Shown: piece by piece, positions 36,284 to 44,955 of the stretch | How positions within the stretch are numbered: the first letter of the stretch is position 1 | Layout: every line of letters starts with the position of its first letter | Origin: an uncultured Rubellimicrobium sp. | GTDB taxonomy: Bacteria > Pseudomonadota > Alphaproteobacteria > Rhodobacterales > Rhodobacteraceae | Reading direction: 5' to 3' | DNA: 48,438 bases | Assembly (NCBI GenBank): GCA_964443055.1 | Contig: CAYUBT010000001.1 | Span: forward strand, 1 to 48,438 | Notes under the pieces: model-generated | Told to the model about the DNA's origin: nothing | The model's database searches: none | Seen by the model: only the letters and a program-made list of their open reading frames with translations | Made by a program: the position numbers and the translations under genes

Positions 36284-37633
36284 ATGCGTAACAAGGAAAC
36301 CAGAGGCGGCCTGACGCGCCGCCATGTCATCAAGGTTGCAGGTGCGTCCGGCGCCGCTGCGTCCTTCAGCCTCGTACTGCCGTCGAGTCTGATGGCCCAG
36401 GAAGCCCCGGCGCAGATTCCGGTCGGCCAACTCGTGCCCTTTACCGGATCGGCGGCTGAATTCGGCACTTACTACCGTGACGCCGCGCAATTCGCATTCG
36501 ACCAGATCAATCGCGCTGCGGAAGAAGTGTTCGGTGGCCCGATCATCGGCCCGGTCATCGTCGCCGATTCCCAGACGCTGCCGACCCCGGCCGTCGCCGC
36601 TGCCCGCCGCATGGTCGAGGCTGACGAGATCCGGGCGATGATCGCTGCGTGGTCGTCGGGTGTGACCGTCGCGGTCGCGGCCTCGGTCACACTCCCCAAT
36701 GGTGTGCTGCAGGTCGGCAACGGCACTACCTCGCCGCTGGTCACCGTCCTGCCCGAGGATGAAGGCCGTGACCTTCTGTTCCGGACCAGCCCCTCGGATG
36801 CGCTGCAGGGCATCATCGCCGCCCAGCTTGCTGCCGGTGAACTCATCGACGGCTACAAGTTCGAGAAGGTCTCGACCATCTACATCAACAACCCCTATGG
36901 TCAGGGCCTGTCCAACGCCTTCGCCGACGCTTTCCGCAAGCGCGGCGGTACCGTGCTGGCTGAAGTGGCGCATCCCGAGGAAGTGCAGGCCACCTATCGT
37001 TCGATCGTGCAGGCGGCCCTCGAAGGCGATCCCGACCTCATCCTTCTGCCGACCTATCCGGCCCACACGACGGCGATCATCAGGGAAGCCCGCGACAACT
37101 TCGACTTCAACAGCTTCCAGTTCACCGACGCCAACCAGTCGAACGACATTCTCGAAGCCGTGGGTGCGGAGACGATGAAGGGCCAGCTGGGCACCGTGCC
37201 TTCGGCCGACCCGAATTCGCCCACGTATCAGAGCTTCCAGGCCGCCTTCCTCGAGGCCTATCCGGAATATGAGAACCTCCAGCCCTTCACCGAAACCACC
37301 TATGACGCGGCGATGTCCATCGGCCTCGCCATGGCCAAGGCGGTTGCGGACGGGCTTTCGGCGGATGAGATCGACGGCTCCGTTCTGGCCGGCAACCTGC
37401 GCACGGTCTGTAATGATCCGGGTGAGCGGATCCTTGCGGGCGATCAGGAGTCGATCACCCAGGGCATTCGCAACATCGCCGATGGTGTCGATACCGACTA
37501 TGTCGGTGCCGGCGGTTCGGTCGACTTCGACGAGAACGGCGATGTGAAGACTCCCTACGAGATCTTCCGCTGGACGGATGACTCCTATGAACACGTGATG
37601 ATCATCGCGGCGGACGACATTCCCTCGGAATGA
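36284..37633 (+). CDS. LivJ/Leu-Ile-Val-binding-protein-family ABC substrate-binding protein with twin-arginine (Tat) signal
   Basis: Start re-picked at ATG 36284 (GAGGGAG upstream). MRNKETRGGLTRRHVIKVAGASGAAASFSLVL is a Tat-type signal (TRRHVIK). It has a periplasmic-binding-protein type I fold and is convergent with the LIV-type permease/ATPase operon. Confidence 0.8.
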   Translation: MRNKETRGGLTRRHVIKVAGASGAAASFSLVLPSSLMAQEAPAQIPVGQLVPFTGSAAEFGTYYRDAAQFAFDQINRAAEEVFGGPIIGPVIVADSQTLPTPAVAAARRMVEADEIRAMIAAWSSGVTVAVAASVTLPNGVLQVGNGTTSPLVTVLPEDEGRDLLFRTSPSDALQGIIAAQLAAGELIDGYKFEKVSTIYINNPYGQGLSNAFADAFRKRGGTVLAEVAHPEEVQATYRSIVQAALEGDPDLILLPTYPAHTTAIIREARDNFDFNSFQFTDANQSNDILEAVGAETMKGQLGTVPSADPNSPTYQSFQAAFLEAYPEYENLQPFTETTYDAAMSIGLAMAKAVADGLSADEIDGSVLAGNLRTVCNDPGERILAGDQESITQGIRNIADGVDTDYVGAGGSVDFDENGDVKTPYEIFRWTDDSYEHVMIIAADDIPSE

Positions 37634-37654
37634 GTCTTGCGGACATGAACGGAG

Positions 37655-37684
37655 AACGGGCGCCTTCGGGCGCCCGTTTCATTT
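37655..37684 (+). terminator. rho-independent terminator of the Tat-SBP gene
   Basis: AACGGGCGCC-TTCG-GGCGCCCGTT (10-bp stem), followed by TCATTT. Confidence 0.8.
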
Positions 37685-37737
37685 GGAGAAACCGGCAGCC
37701 GGGAGTGTCTGGGAATGATGAAATGAGAAAGGCGCCG

Positions 37738-37768
37738 GGGGGAACCCGCGGCGCCTTTCTTTATCTTC
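37738..37768 (-). terminator. rho-independent terminator of the LIV-type ABC operon (bidirectional shape)
   Basis: AAAGGCGCCG...CGGCGCCTTT forms a 10-bp stem extended by GGG/CCC. It is T-rich on both sides (minus strand: CTCATTTCATCATT; plus strand: CTTTATCTTCT). It lies 28 nt after the LivM-type stop. Confidence 0.75.
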
Positions 37769-37795
37769 TGCTCGCCCCGGAGAGGGCGTGCGGTA

Positions 37796-39004
37796 TCAGC
37801 TGCTCTTGCCCTTCTTCGGCATGAAGTCCGAGACCCGCTTGCGTTCCTTGAGGATGCCCTGCGGCCGGAAGAGGACGATGGCGGCCAGCATGATCGCGAC
37901 CAGCATCCAGCGCAGATAGGCCCCGCGCGACGGCAGGTCGCTCGAGATCAGCCGCAGCGCGGGAGCAAGCCATTCGACGAGCGTCTCGGTCCCGGTCCAC
38001 ACGAGCCAGATGATGAAGGCACCGAGGATCGCGCCCCGGTTGTTGCCCGAGCCGCCCAGCATCAGCATCACCCAGATGATGAATGTCGCGTAGAGCGGGT
38101 TGAAGTGACTGTAGTCGATGGCGACCATGTGATGCGCATAGACCGCGCCACCCACGCCCATGATGAAGGCACCGATGATGAAGGACTGGACCCGGTAGAA
38201 GGCCACGTCCTTGCCGCTCATCGCGGCCGATTGCTCCTCGTCACGCACGGCGCGCTGCACCCGGCCCCAGGGTGAGTTCGAGATGCGTTCGAGCGCGAGA
38301 TAGACCACCGTCAGAACCAGCGCGACGATCAGGAAGTTGACAAAGGAGTAATCACGCGCGCCCAGGGGTTCGAGCCAGTTGGCAAGCCATGTCGGCATCC
38401 ACGCGCAGTGCGGATCATCCACGAGGCAGAGCCAGGGCTGCGGGATGCCGCGCAGGGGCTGGGGTCCGTTGGCGAGCCAGCGCTCGTTCTGGAAGATCAG
38501 ACGGATGACCTCGGCGATCCCCAGCGTGGCGATGGCGAGGAAGTCGGTGCGCAGCCGCAGCACCGGGATGGCGACCAGCCAGCCGAGCACGGCCGAGACC
38601 ACGCCCGCGACCAGCACCCCGACGAGGAAGGGCATCCCGAAGCCGAAGGCTTGGAAGGAATAGTTTGCCAGCGTCCCCGTAGGCATCACCGTCGTCACTA
38701 GCGCCGAGGTGAAGGCACCGATGGAGAAGAAGGCCGCGATCCCGAAGTTCACATGGCCCGAGAGGCCCCATTGGCTGTTCAGCCCGAGGCTCAGGATCGC
38801 GTAGATCATCGCCATGGTCGAGAACGAGGCCACATAGGTGAAGATCCCGGCCGTCAGCATCGTGCCGAGTCCCCAGGCGACTGCCAGTGCGGCAACGACC
38901 GAGACGATCACCTTGATGATCCGGCTGCCGGGAATGACCAGGAGCCCCAGCAGGAACAGCGGCAGGACGAAGAAGGAGGCGCGCGCCAGTTGTGCAGAAT
39001 CCAT
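37796..39004 (-). CDS. branched-chain-amino-acid-type ABC transporter permease (LivM-type)
   Basis: 402 aa, polytopic. LGLNSQWGLSGHVNFGIAAFFSIGAF is typical of LivM-family permeases. Confidence 0.85.
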   Translation of the reverse strand: MDSAQLARASFFVLPLFLLGLLVIPGSRIIKVIVSVVAALAVAWGLGTMLTAGIFTYVASFSTMAMIYAILSLGLNSQWGLSGHVNFGIAAFFSIGAFTSALVTTVMPTGTLANYSFQAFGFGMPFLVGVLVAGVVSAVLGWLVAIPVLRLRTDFLAIATLGIAEVIRLIFQNERWLANGPQPLRGIPQPWLCLVDDPHCAWMPTWLANWLEPLGARDYSFVNFLIVALVLTVVYLALERISNSPWGRVQRAVRDEEQSAAMSGKDVAFYRVQSFIIGAFIMGVGGAVYAHHMVAIDYSHFNPLYATFIIWVMLMLGGSGNNRGAILGAFIIWLVWTGTETLVEWLAPALRLISSDLPSRGAYLRWMLVAIMLAAIVLFRPQGILKERKRVSDFMPKKGKSS

Positions 39005-39007
39005 GAC

Positions 39008-40084
39008 TCAGTCCCCCCCCTGCGTGAAGATGCCCTGCGGCCGGATGATGAGGACGAGGATCATCAGGAGAAACGACACGCCCGGTCCGTAGGTCGGATC
39101 GAGGAATGATGCGGAAAGCTGCTGCGTCATGCCGATGATCAGCGCGCCGACCAGCGCGCCGATGGGGCTGCCGATCCCGCCGAGGATCGTGCCCGCGAAC
39201 ATCGGCAGAAGCAGGAAATAGCCCATCTCGGGACGAAGCTGCGAGGCAAGCCCGTACATCACGCCACCCGCCGCCGCCAGCGCACCGCCGATCACCCAGG
39301 TCCAGGCGATCACCCGTTCGGTGTTGATTCCGCGCACCTGCGCGAGGTCCGGGTTATTGGCCGTGGCGCGCATCGCCTTGCCCATGCGCGACTTTTCCAG
39401 GAGCAGCCAGACCAGCAGCACCATGAGCAGGGCGAGGGCAAAGGTGAAGATCAGGTCCGCCTGGATGCGGATGCCGAAGGGTAGATACAGCGCGGGGTTG
39501 GCGCGGCCCGGATAGTAGAAGTGGAAGTCCGAGCCCCAGATCAGGTAGATGACCGAGCGCAGGAAGAACATGCCTGCCAGCGAGGCCATGGCGAAGAGCA
39601 CGAGCGTTGCACCGCGCTTCCGCAGCGGCTGGAACAGGATCCGGTCCACGATCAGCGCGACCGCCGCCACCACCGGCACGGCGAGAATGATCGACAGGAG
39701 CAGGCCCCAGCCGAAGGAGAAGGGGCCGAGGGCCTCGTGCCCCGGCAGTACCGTGATGAGCGCGAGGGCCACGAAGGCACCGATGGTCATCAGGTCGCCA
39801 TGGGCGAAGTTGGGAAATTTCAGAACCCCGTAGATCAGCGTCAGCCCCATGGAGCCGAGTGCGATGATGCCACCCAGCAGCACACCGCTCACGGTCAGGC
39901 CGAGCATCGTGCTTGTGCTGGAGCCGTTGGCGAAGCCCAGCACCAGGAACAGGATGAAAACCGCGCCCAATGCGATGAGCAGCGGCCCGCGCCTCTGGCC
40001 GGTTGCGCCTTCGTTGCGGACCCGCTCTTCTGCCGGGGCTTCGGCGTCCCCCCCGGTGGCGATAGTGGAATTGTCAGTCGTCAT
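39008..40084 (-). CDS. branched-chain-amino-acid-type ABC transporter permease (LivH-type) with ~60-aa N-terminal extension
   Basis: ATG 40084 is preferred over GTG 40099. The core is LGLTLIYGVLKFPNFAHGDLMTIGAF (LivH family). It is preceded by a polar, then hydrophobic, N-terminal extension. Confidence 0.82.
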   Translation of the reverse strand: MTTDNSTIATGGDAEAPAEERVRNEGATGQRRGPLLIALGAVFILFLVLGFANGSSTSTMLGLTVSGVLLGGIIALGSMGLTLIYGVLKFPNFAHGDLMTIGAFVALALITVLPGHEALGPFSFGWGLLLSIILAVPVVAAVALIVDRILFQPLRKRGATLVLFAMASLAGMFFLRSVIYLIWGSDFHFYYPGRANPALYLPFGIRIQADLIFTFALALLMVLLVWLLLEKSRMGKAMRATANNPDLAQVRGINTERVIAWTWVIGGALAAAGGVMYGLASQLRPEMGYFLLLPMFAGTILGGIGSPIGALVGALIIGMTQQLSASFLDPTYGPGVSFLLMILVLIIRPQGIFTQGGD

Positions 40085-40123
40085 GGCACCCCCAGACACG
40101 GCAATCGCATGTGACTCCCGGCT

Positions 40124-40834
40124 TCATCCACCCAGATAGAGGCGGCCGACCTCCGGGTCGTTGAGAAGGCCGGGCCCCGTGCCTTCGAAACGGTTCTCGC
40201 CCGAGGCGAGGACATAGCCGCGATCCGACATCTTCAATGACAGCCGCGCGTTCTGCTCGACGATCAGCATCGCGGGGCCGTTGTTCTTGTTGATATCCTC
40301 GATCCGCTCGAAGATCATCTCGACCATCATCGGAGAGAGGCCGGCGGACGGTTCGTCCATCAGCACGAGCTTGGGGTCGAGCATGAGCGCCGCGCCCATC
40401 GCCACCATCTGCCGTTCGCCCCCGGACATCTTGCCCGCGCGCTGGCGGCGGCGTTCCTTGAGGCGCGGGAAGAGGTCGTAGATGCGGGCCTTGCGATCAT
40501 CGACATTGGCATCCCGCAGGAGGAACGCGCCCATCTCGAGGTTTTCCTCGACGGTCAGGTCGGTGAAGATATTGGCCACCTGCGGCACGTAGCACATGCC
40601 GAGTTCCACGATCTCGTAAGGCTGCTTGCGCGAGATGTCGGCACCCTGAAAGCGGATCGTGCCCATCTTGGGATGCAGAAGGCCGAAGACCGCCTTCATC
40701 AGCGTCGATTTGCCTGCGCCGTTGGGGCCGATGATCGAGACGATTTCGCCCTCGTTCACCACCATCGAGACGTTGTGCAGGATCTCGCTGTCACCATAGC
40801 CGGCCGTGATGCCGTCAACTTCAAGCAGTGGCAT
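40124..40834 (-). CDS. ABC transporter ATP-binding protein (LivF-type)
   Basis: Start re-picked at ATG 40834 (MPLLEVDGITAGYG). Walker A GPNGAGKST, signature MSGGERQMVAMG, Walker B VLMDEPS. 14-nt overlap with the preceding ATPase gene. Confidence 0.88.
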   Translation of the reverse strand: MPLLEVDGITAGYGDSEILHNVSMVVNEGEIVSIIGPNGAGKSTLMKAVFGLLHPKMGTIRFQGADISRKQPYEIVELGMCYVPQVANIFTDLTVEENLEMGAFLLRDANVDDRKARIYDLFPRLKERRRQRAGKMSGGERQMVAMGAALMLDPKLVLMDEPSAGLSPMMVEMIFERIEDINKNNGPAMLIVEQNARLSLKMSDRGYVLASGENRFEGTGPGLLNDPEVGRLYLGG

Positions 40835-41621
40835 ATTGCCCACCCAGATAAGCCTCGAGAACACGCGGATCGTTCTGCACGTCCTGCGGGCGGCCTTCCA
40901 TGAGCTTGCGCCCCTCGCTCATGACGATGACCGGGTCGCAGAGGTTCATCACCATGTTCATGTCATGCTCGATGAGCAGGAAGGTGATCCCCCGCTCGCT
41001 GCGCAGGGTCTCGATGTTTTCCGAGATCCTCTTCATCAGCGTGCGGTTCACGCCCGCCGCCGGTTCGTCGAGAAGCACGATCTTGGGATCGGTCATCAGT
41101 GTGCGGGCGAGTTCCAGAAGCTTCTTCTGTCCGCCCGAAAGCTTGCCCGCATATTCTTCGGTCACGTGGGTGAGTTCGACGAAGGCGAGGACCTCTTCGG
41201 CCTTGGCGCGGTTTTCCTCTTCCTGACGGCGCACCTCGGCAGGACGAAGCCAGCAGTTCCAGAACTGCTCGCCGATCTGGTTCGGGGCGACGAGCATGAG
41301 ATTCTCGATGACCGACATGCTCGGATGTTCGCGCGGGATCTGGAAGGTGCGGCACATGCCGCGCTTGAAGACCTCATGCGGGGGCAGGGCGGTGATGTCC
41401 TCGTCGCCGAGATACACCTTGCCGGCATTCGGCTTGAAGAACCCGGTGATGACGTTGAACGCCGTGGTCTTGCCGGCACCGTTCGGGCCGATCAGTCCGG
41501 TGATCGTGCCTGGCTGCACCGAAAAGCTGCAATGGTCGATAGCCCGCAGCCCACCGAAATCCTTTACCAGGCCCTCAACCCGCAAAAGAGGGCGCCCACC
41601 GTCCGGCACTGTACTGTTCAC
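40821..41621 (-). CDS. ABC transporter ATP-binding protein (LivG-type)
   Basis: 266 aa with a GTG start at 41621. Walker A GPNGAGKTT, signature LSGGQKKLLELAR, Walker B VLLDEPAAG. Confidence 0.88.
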   Translation of the reverse strand: MNSTVPDGGRPLLRVEGLVKDFGGLRAIDHCSFSVQPGTITGLIGPNGAGKTTAFNVITGFFKPNAGKVYLGDEDITALPPHEVFKRGMCRTFQIPREHPSMSVIENLMLVAPNQIGEQFWNCWLRPAEVRRQEEENRAKAEEVLAFVELTHVTEEYAGKLSGGQKKLLELARTLMTDPKIVLLDEPAAGVNRTLMKRISENIETLRSERGITFLLIEHDMNMVMNLCDPVIVMSEGRKLMEGRPQDVQNDPRVLEAYLGGQYATA

Positions 41622-41736
41622 CCGGTCCTCCCTGTTCCCCTGTTACTGTAGCCGTAACTTGCGCGAGGATGCACCGGCATATGACATTGATTCGTCCACC
41701 TCGTCAAACCGCAAGATGACATTCATCAATTGGGCA

Positions 41737-42927
41737 TCAGTCGGGCCAACCCAGGATGTGCCCGGTCTGCCGCGCGCGCGGTGCCATTGCGTCGGGCGGG
41801 CGGGGCGCGGCATGGATGCGGCGCAGGGTGTCGGCCACGATCCGTGCCTCGCCGTCATGCAGGTTACAGGGGTCGAGCAGGATGTAGCCCGCCTCGAGTT
41901 CGTCATCGCGGATGATGACCGGCGGATCGCCCGCCGCCAGCGCCCGCGCGAGGCCCGCTGCAGAAAAGCCGCTGGCGGGTCCGGGTGTGATCTCCAGCCG
42001 GTCGAGCGGGTTGCCGGTCGGATCGGGCACGATCCTTGCGGCAAGGCCGGGAAGCGCGTCGACGGTCCCGAGCCAGAGGTCGAGGGCCGCCCGCTCCCTT
42101 GCCCTGATGCCCGCATGGTCGCGCCGTTCCCATGCCTTCAGCGCGGCCATGACCCCGGCCACGGATTCCTTGCCCACCTTCATTCCGCGCCCGATGCCAC
42201 GATTCTGCAGCCAGGCCGCGCGCACAAGATCCTTGCGCCCGGCGACGATCCCCGATGTCGGACCAGACAGGAACTTGTGTCCCGAATAGACGACCAGATC
42301 GGCCCCCGCCCGCAGAAAGCCGCGCAGGTCGTATTCCGAGGCAGCATCCACGATGACCGGCACCCCCTGCGGGCGGCAGAGCGCCACGACCTCCTCAAGC
42401 GGCATCTGGCCGTAAGGCATGACGTGATGCGAGACGATATGCAGCAGCGCCGCCGTTTGCGGGCCGATCGCGCCGGTGATGTGATAGTCCATCACCATGC
42501 CCACCTCGCCTGCAGGCACGATCCGCGCGCCCGCCAGCCGCACCGCCTGGGCGATGGGCGCGCCGTAGTTGATCGCATGGCCAGCCTGCAGGATCACCTC
42601 GTCGGGAAGCTCGCCCCTGTCGTCGGGCAGCCGCTCGATGGCATGAAGATCGGCTCCGGTCATCGCGCCCGCGACGGCAAGCGTCACGCCTGCAGCCGTG
42701 CTGGCGGTGATGAAACCGGCCTCAGCCCCGGTCGCCTGTGCTATCACCTCCGAGGCGCGGCGCTGCAGGTCGTCGATCTCGACCCATTCGCCGGCAATCT
42801 CGGCCATCGCCTCCACGGCCTCGGGCAGGATGATCGACGCGCCGAGCGCGGTCATCGTCCCGGCGGCGTTGATCACCGGGCGCAGGCCAAGACGTTCGCG
42901 GATGCCGGGGCGGCGGTTCTGTTGCAC
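41737..42927 (-). CDS. SelA-like / DgaE-like fold-type I PLP-dependent enzyme, substrate unknown
   Basis: 396 aa with a GTG start at 42927 (GGAGG 8 nt upstream). [14 protein letters not shown] and the PLP-lysine block [18 protein letters not shown] resemble the SelA catalytic core and D-glucosaminate-6-phosphate ammonia-lyase. No SelA N-terminal tRNA-binding domain is apparent. Confidence 0.7.
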   Translation of the reverse strand: MQQNRRPGIRERLGLRPVINAAGTMTALGASIILPEAVEAMAEIAGEWVEIDDLQRRASEVIAQATGAEAGFITASTAAGVTLAVAGAMTGADLHAIERLPDDRGELPDEVILQAGHAINYGAPIAQAVRLAGARIVPAGEVGMVMDYHITGAIGPQTAALLHIVSHHVMPYGQMPLEEVVALCRPQGVPVIVDAASEYDLRGFLRAGADLVVYSGHKFLSGPTSGIVAGRKDLVRAAWLQNRGIGRGMKVGKESVAGVMAALKAWERRDHAGIRARERAALDLWLGTVDALPGLAARIVPDPTGNPLDRLEITPGPASGFSAAGLARALAAGDPPVIIRDDELEAGYILLDPCNLHDGEARIVADTLRRIHAAPRPPDAMAPRARQTGHILGWPD

Positions 42928-42996
42928 GGGTGGACCTCCGGAGCTGGACGGGGTCGCTTGTCGTCTCTGGGCCGGGCAAGGGCAAGTCCCCCGATC

Positions 42997-43076
42997 CCGT
43001 CATTGCGAGGAGGCGAAGGTGGTGCGGCAAACCGGAGACGTGGGGCCGGGTTGCTTCGCTTTCGCTCGCAATGACG
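42997..43076. repeat. palindromic intergenic element, copy 6
   Basis: CCCGTCATTGCGAGGAGGCGAAGGTGGTGCGGCAAACCGGAGACG...CCGGGTTGCTTCGCTTTCGCTCGCAATGACG, followed by the GTGATGGAGTCGG flank. It lies directly 3' of the 43105-44016 hydrolase gene. Confidence 0.85.
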
Positions 43077-43104
43077 AAAGGGGTGATGGAGTCGGAGCCC
43101 TGGG

Positions 43105-44016
43105 CTATTGCCAATCCTCGCGCAGGATGTCGCGCAGCAGGACGGCGACCTCGTCGGCATGGGTCACAGGCAGGTAATGGCCGCCGCCCGCAACCATCTC
43201 CTGCTTGGCCGCGCGGTTCCATGACACGAGTGTCCCCGGTGCGCGGCGCGGCACGGTCGGATCCTGGTCACCCCAGATCGCCACCACCGGAATCCCGGCA
43301 GCGGCGATGGTGCGATGCGCGCCCTCCTGCCTCAGCCGCGCCATGTGCCGCAGAGACGACAGGACGGCGGGCAGGAAGCCGCGCCGCCGCAGTTCTCCCC
43401 GGCAGAGCCTGACGAGTGACGGAGCCACGGCCAGTGACCGCCGCAGGATGCGTGGTGCGCCAAGGCCGAAAAGCCAGTCGCCCAGGCCCGGAGTTTCGAT
43501 CACGTGACGCAGCCCGCGCGGATTCGTGACCTCGATGCCCGAAGCGGCGATCAGCACCAGCCTTTTCACCCGCCCCGGCCGCGCGGCGGCCCAGGCGGTG
43601 GCGATGGCACCGCCAAGGGAATGGCCGACAAGGGTGATGTCCTCCGCGATCCCGTAGTGATCGAGCAGCCCGTCCAACTGACGGATGAAGAGATCGGGTC
43701 CCTGTTCGGCGTCTGTATTGTCGGAATAGCCGCGTCCGTAGAGATCGTAGGTCAGGACGCGATAGCCCAGATCGGCCAGTTCGGGCGCAAGCAGATCCCA
43801 GAGCGGCAGCGGCGTGGAGATGCCATGGATCGCAACGATGACCGGGCCACGCGATGGCCCGTGCCAGAGCGCATGTGTCGCGCCATCGGTGAGCCGGACC
43901 ATCTCGCCCGGGGCCTTGCGCTGGTCGGGCAGAAGGCGGCGGGCTTCGGCCAGCCGGGGCCCGAAGACCAGGACGACAAGGACAACGAGCAGGATGAGGA
44001 TGATCCACCAGCCCAC
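43105..44016 (-). CDS. alpha/beta hydrolase with N-terminal membrane anchor
   Basis: 303 aa with a GTG start at 44016 (AGGAGAG upstream). N-terminal TM GWWIILILLVVLVVLVF, HGxS oxyanion block (IHGIST), and nucleophile elbow GHSLGG. Confidence 0.8.
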   Translation of the reverse strand: MGWWIILILLVVLVVLVFGPRLAEARRLLPDQRKAPGEMVRLTDGATHALWHGPSRGPVIVAIHGISTPLPLWDLLAPELADLGYRVLTYDLYGRGYSDNTDAEQGPDLFIRQLDGLLDHYGIAEDITLVGHSLGGAIATAWAAARPGRVKRLVLIAASGIEVTNPRGLRHVIETPGLGDWLFGLGAPRILRRSLAVAPSLVRLCRGELRRRGFLPAVLSSLRHMARLRQEGAHRTIAAAGIPVVAIWGDQDPTVPRRAPGTLVSWNRAAKQEMVAGGGHYLPVTHADEVAVLLRDILREDWQ

Positions 44017-44034
44017 ATGTCTCTCCTTTCGCGC

Positions 44035-44955
44035 TCAGCCGTGGCGTGCGCGCCAGACCTCCAGAATGTGGCGGCTCACCATCAGGTCGAGATGCGCGCC
44101 ACCGCCATTCTTGAACACGGTGATTTCGTCATCCGTTTGGCGCCGGAATGACGCGGGCTGATAGTAGTCGGCAACAATATGGTCCGCCGTGATCGCGCCC
44201 GAGGCGATCGGGTCCATGATCTCGCCGATATGATTCACCGTCGTGTCGCGCGAATCGACGAACAGGCGGCTGCGGACCAGCGCCGCATCGTCGACCTCGC
44301 GCATCCCCGGCCCATAGGCGCCGACAAGGTCGAGATGCTGGCCCGGCCGCAGCCACTCGCCCAGGACCAGCGGTGCGCGCGCCATCGTCGAGCAGGAAAT
44401 GATGTCGGCCCCTGCCACGGCTGCCTGCAGGTCATCGGCGATTGCCGTGCCCGGCCGGTCGGCCACGAACCGCCGGGCCCCTTCGGGCGAGCGGTTCCAG
44501 ACGGTGAAATGCGCCTCGGGAAAGGCGGCGGCATAGGCGTCGTGAAGGTTCCGCGCCTGCGCGCCCGCGCCCACCAGCAGGATCTTGCGGCTGTCCTTGC
44601 GGGCAAGGCGCGTGGCGGCCAGCAGGCTGTCGCCCGCTGTCTTCCACTTCGTGACAAGGTGGAAATCGAGTACCGCCTCGAGTTGTCCGTCCTTGTCCGA
44701 ACACAGGACGACCGCGCCGCCCAATGTCTCGCCCCCGCTGGCGACATTGCCCGGGAACACGGTCGCGACCTTCACGGCGATGCCGAGCCCCTCGACCCAG
44801 GCAGAGCGGTTGAGAAGCGCGTCATCCGCATGATGCAGCAGCGAGTCGGCCACCAGCGCGCGGGGGCGTTCGTGGCCATCGGCGATCGCGGCGGCGACGG
44901 CGAGCCATTCGAGACCCTCCTCGCCCCTGTCGCGGGGAATGATGGCGGGGATCAT
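44035..44955 (-). CDS. ornithine cyclodeaminase / mu-crystallin family protein
   Basis: 306 aa. Rossmann block ILLVGAGAQARNL and overall OCD_Mu_crystallin pattern. ATGA overlap with the HAD gene stop. Confidence 0.85.
   Translation of the reverse strand: MIPAIIPRDRGEEGLEWLAVAAAIADGHERPRALVADSLLHHADDALLNRSAWVEGLGIAVKVATVFPGNVASGGETLGGAVVLCSDKDGQLEAVLDFHLVTKWKTAGDSLLAATRLARKDSRKILLVGAGAQARNLHDAYAAAFPEAHFTVWNRSPEGARRFVADRPGTAIADDLQAAVAGADIISCSTMARAPLVLGEWLRPGQHLDLVGAYGPGMREVDDAALVRSRLFVDSRDTTVNHIGEIMDPIASGAITADHIVADYYQPASFRRQTDDEITVFKNGGGAHLDLMVSRHILEVWRARHG

Noticed and set aside
37630-37824. 64-aa plus-strand ORF between the Tat-SBP gene and the LivM-type gene.
   Set aside because: It consists almost entirely of two back-to-back terminator hairpins and the antisense 3' end of the LivM-type gene, and it has no Shine-Dalgarno.
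41737-42927. SelA-like gene as evidence of a selenocysteine incorporation system.
   Set aside because: There is no selB, selD or tRNA-Sec, and no in-frame TGA-containing selenoprotein gene in the window. The protein seems to lack the SelA N-terminal domain. A PLP lyase or aminotransferase role is more likely.
201-43091. Whether the six repeats could be a CRISPR array or remnants of one.
   Set aside because: The copies are kilobases apart and not regularly spaced. They are individually palindromic over ~80 bp and diverge at the apex. No cas genes are present.
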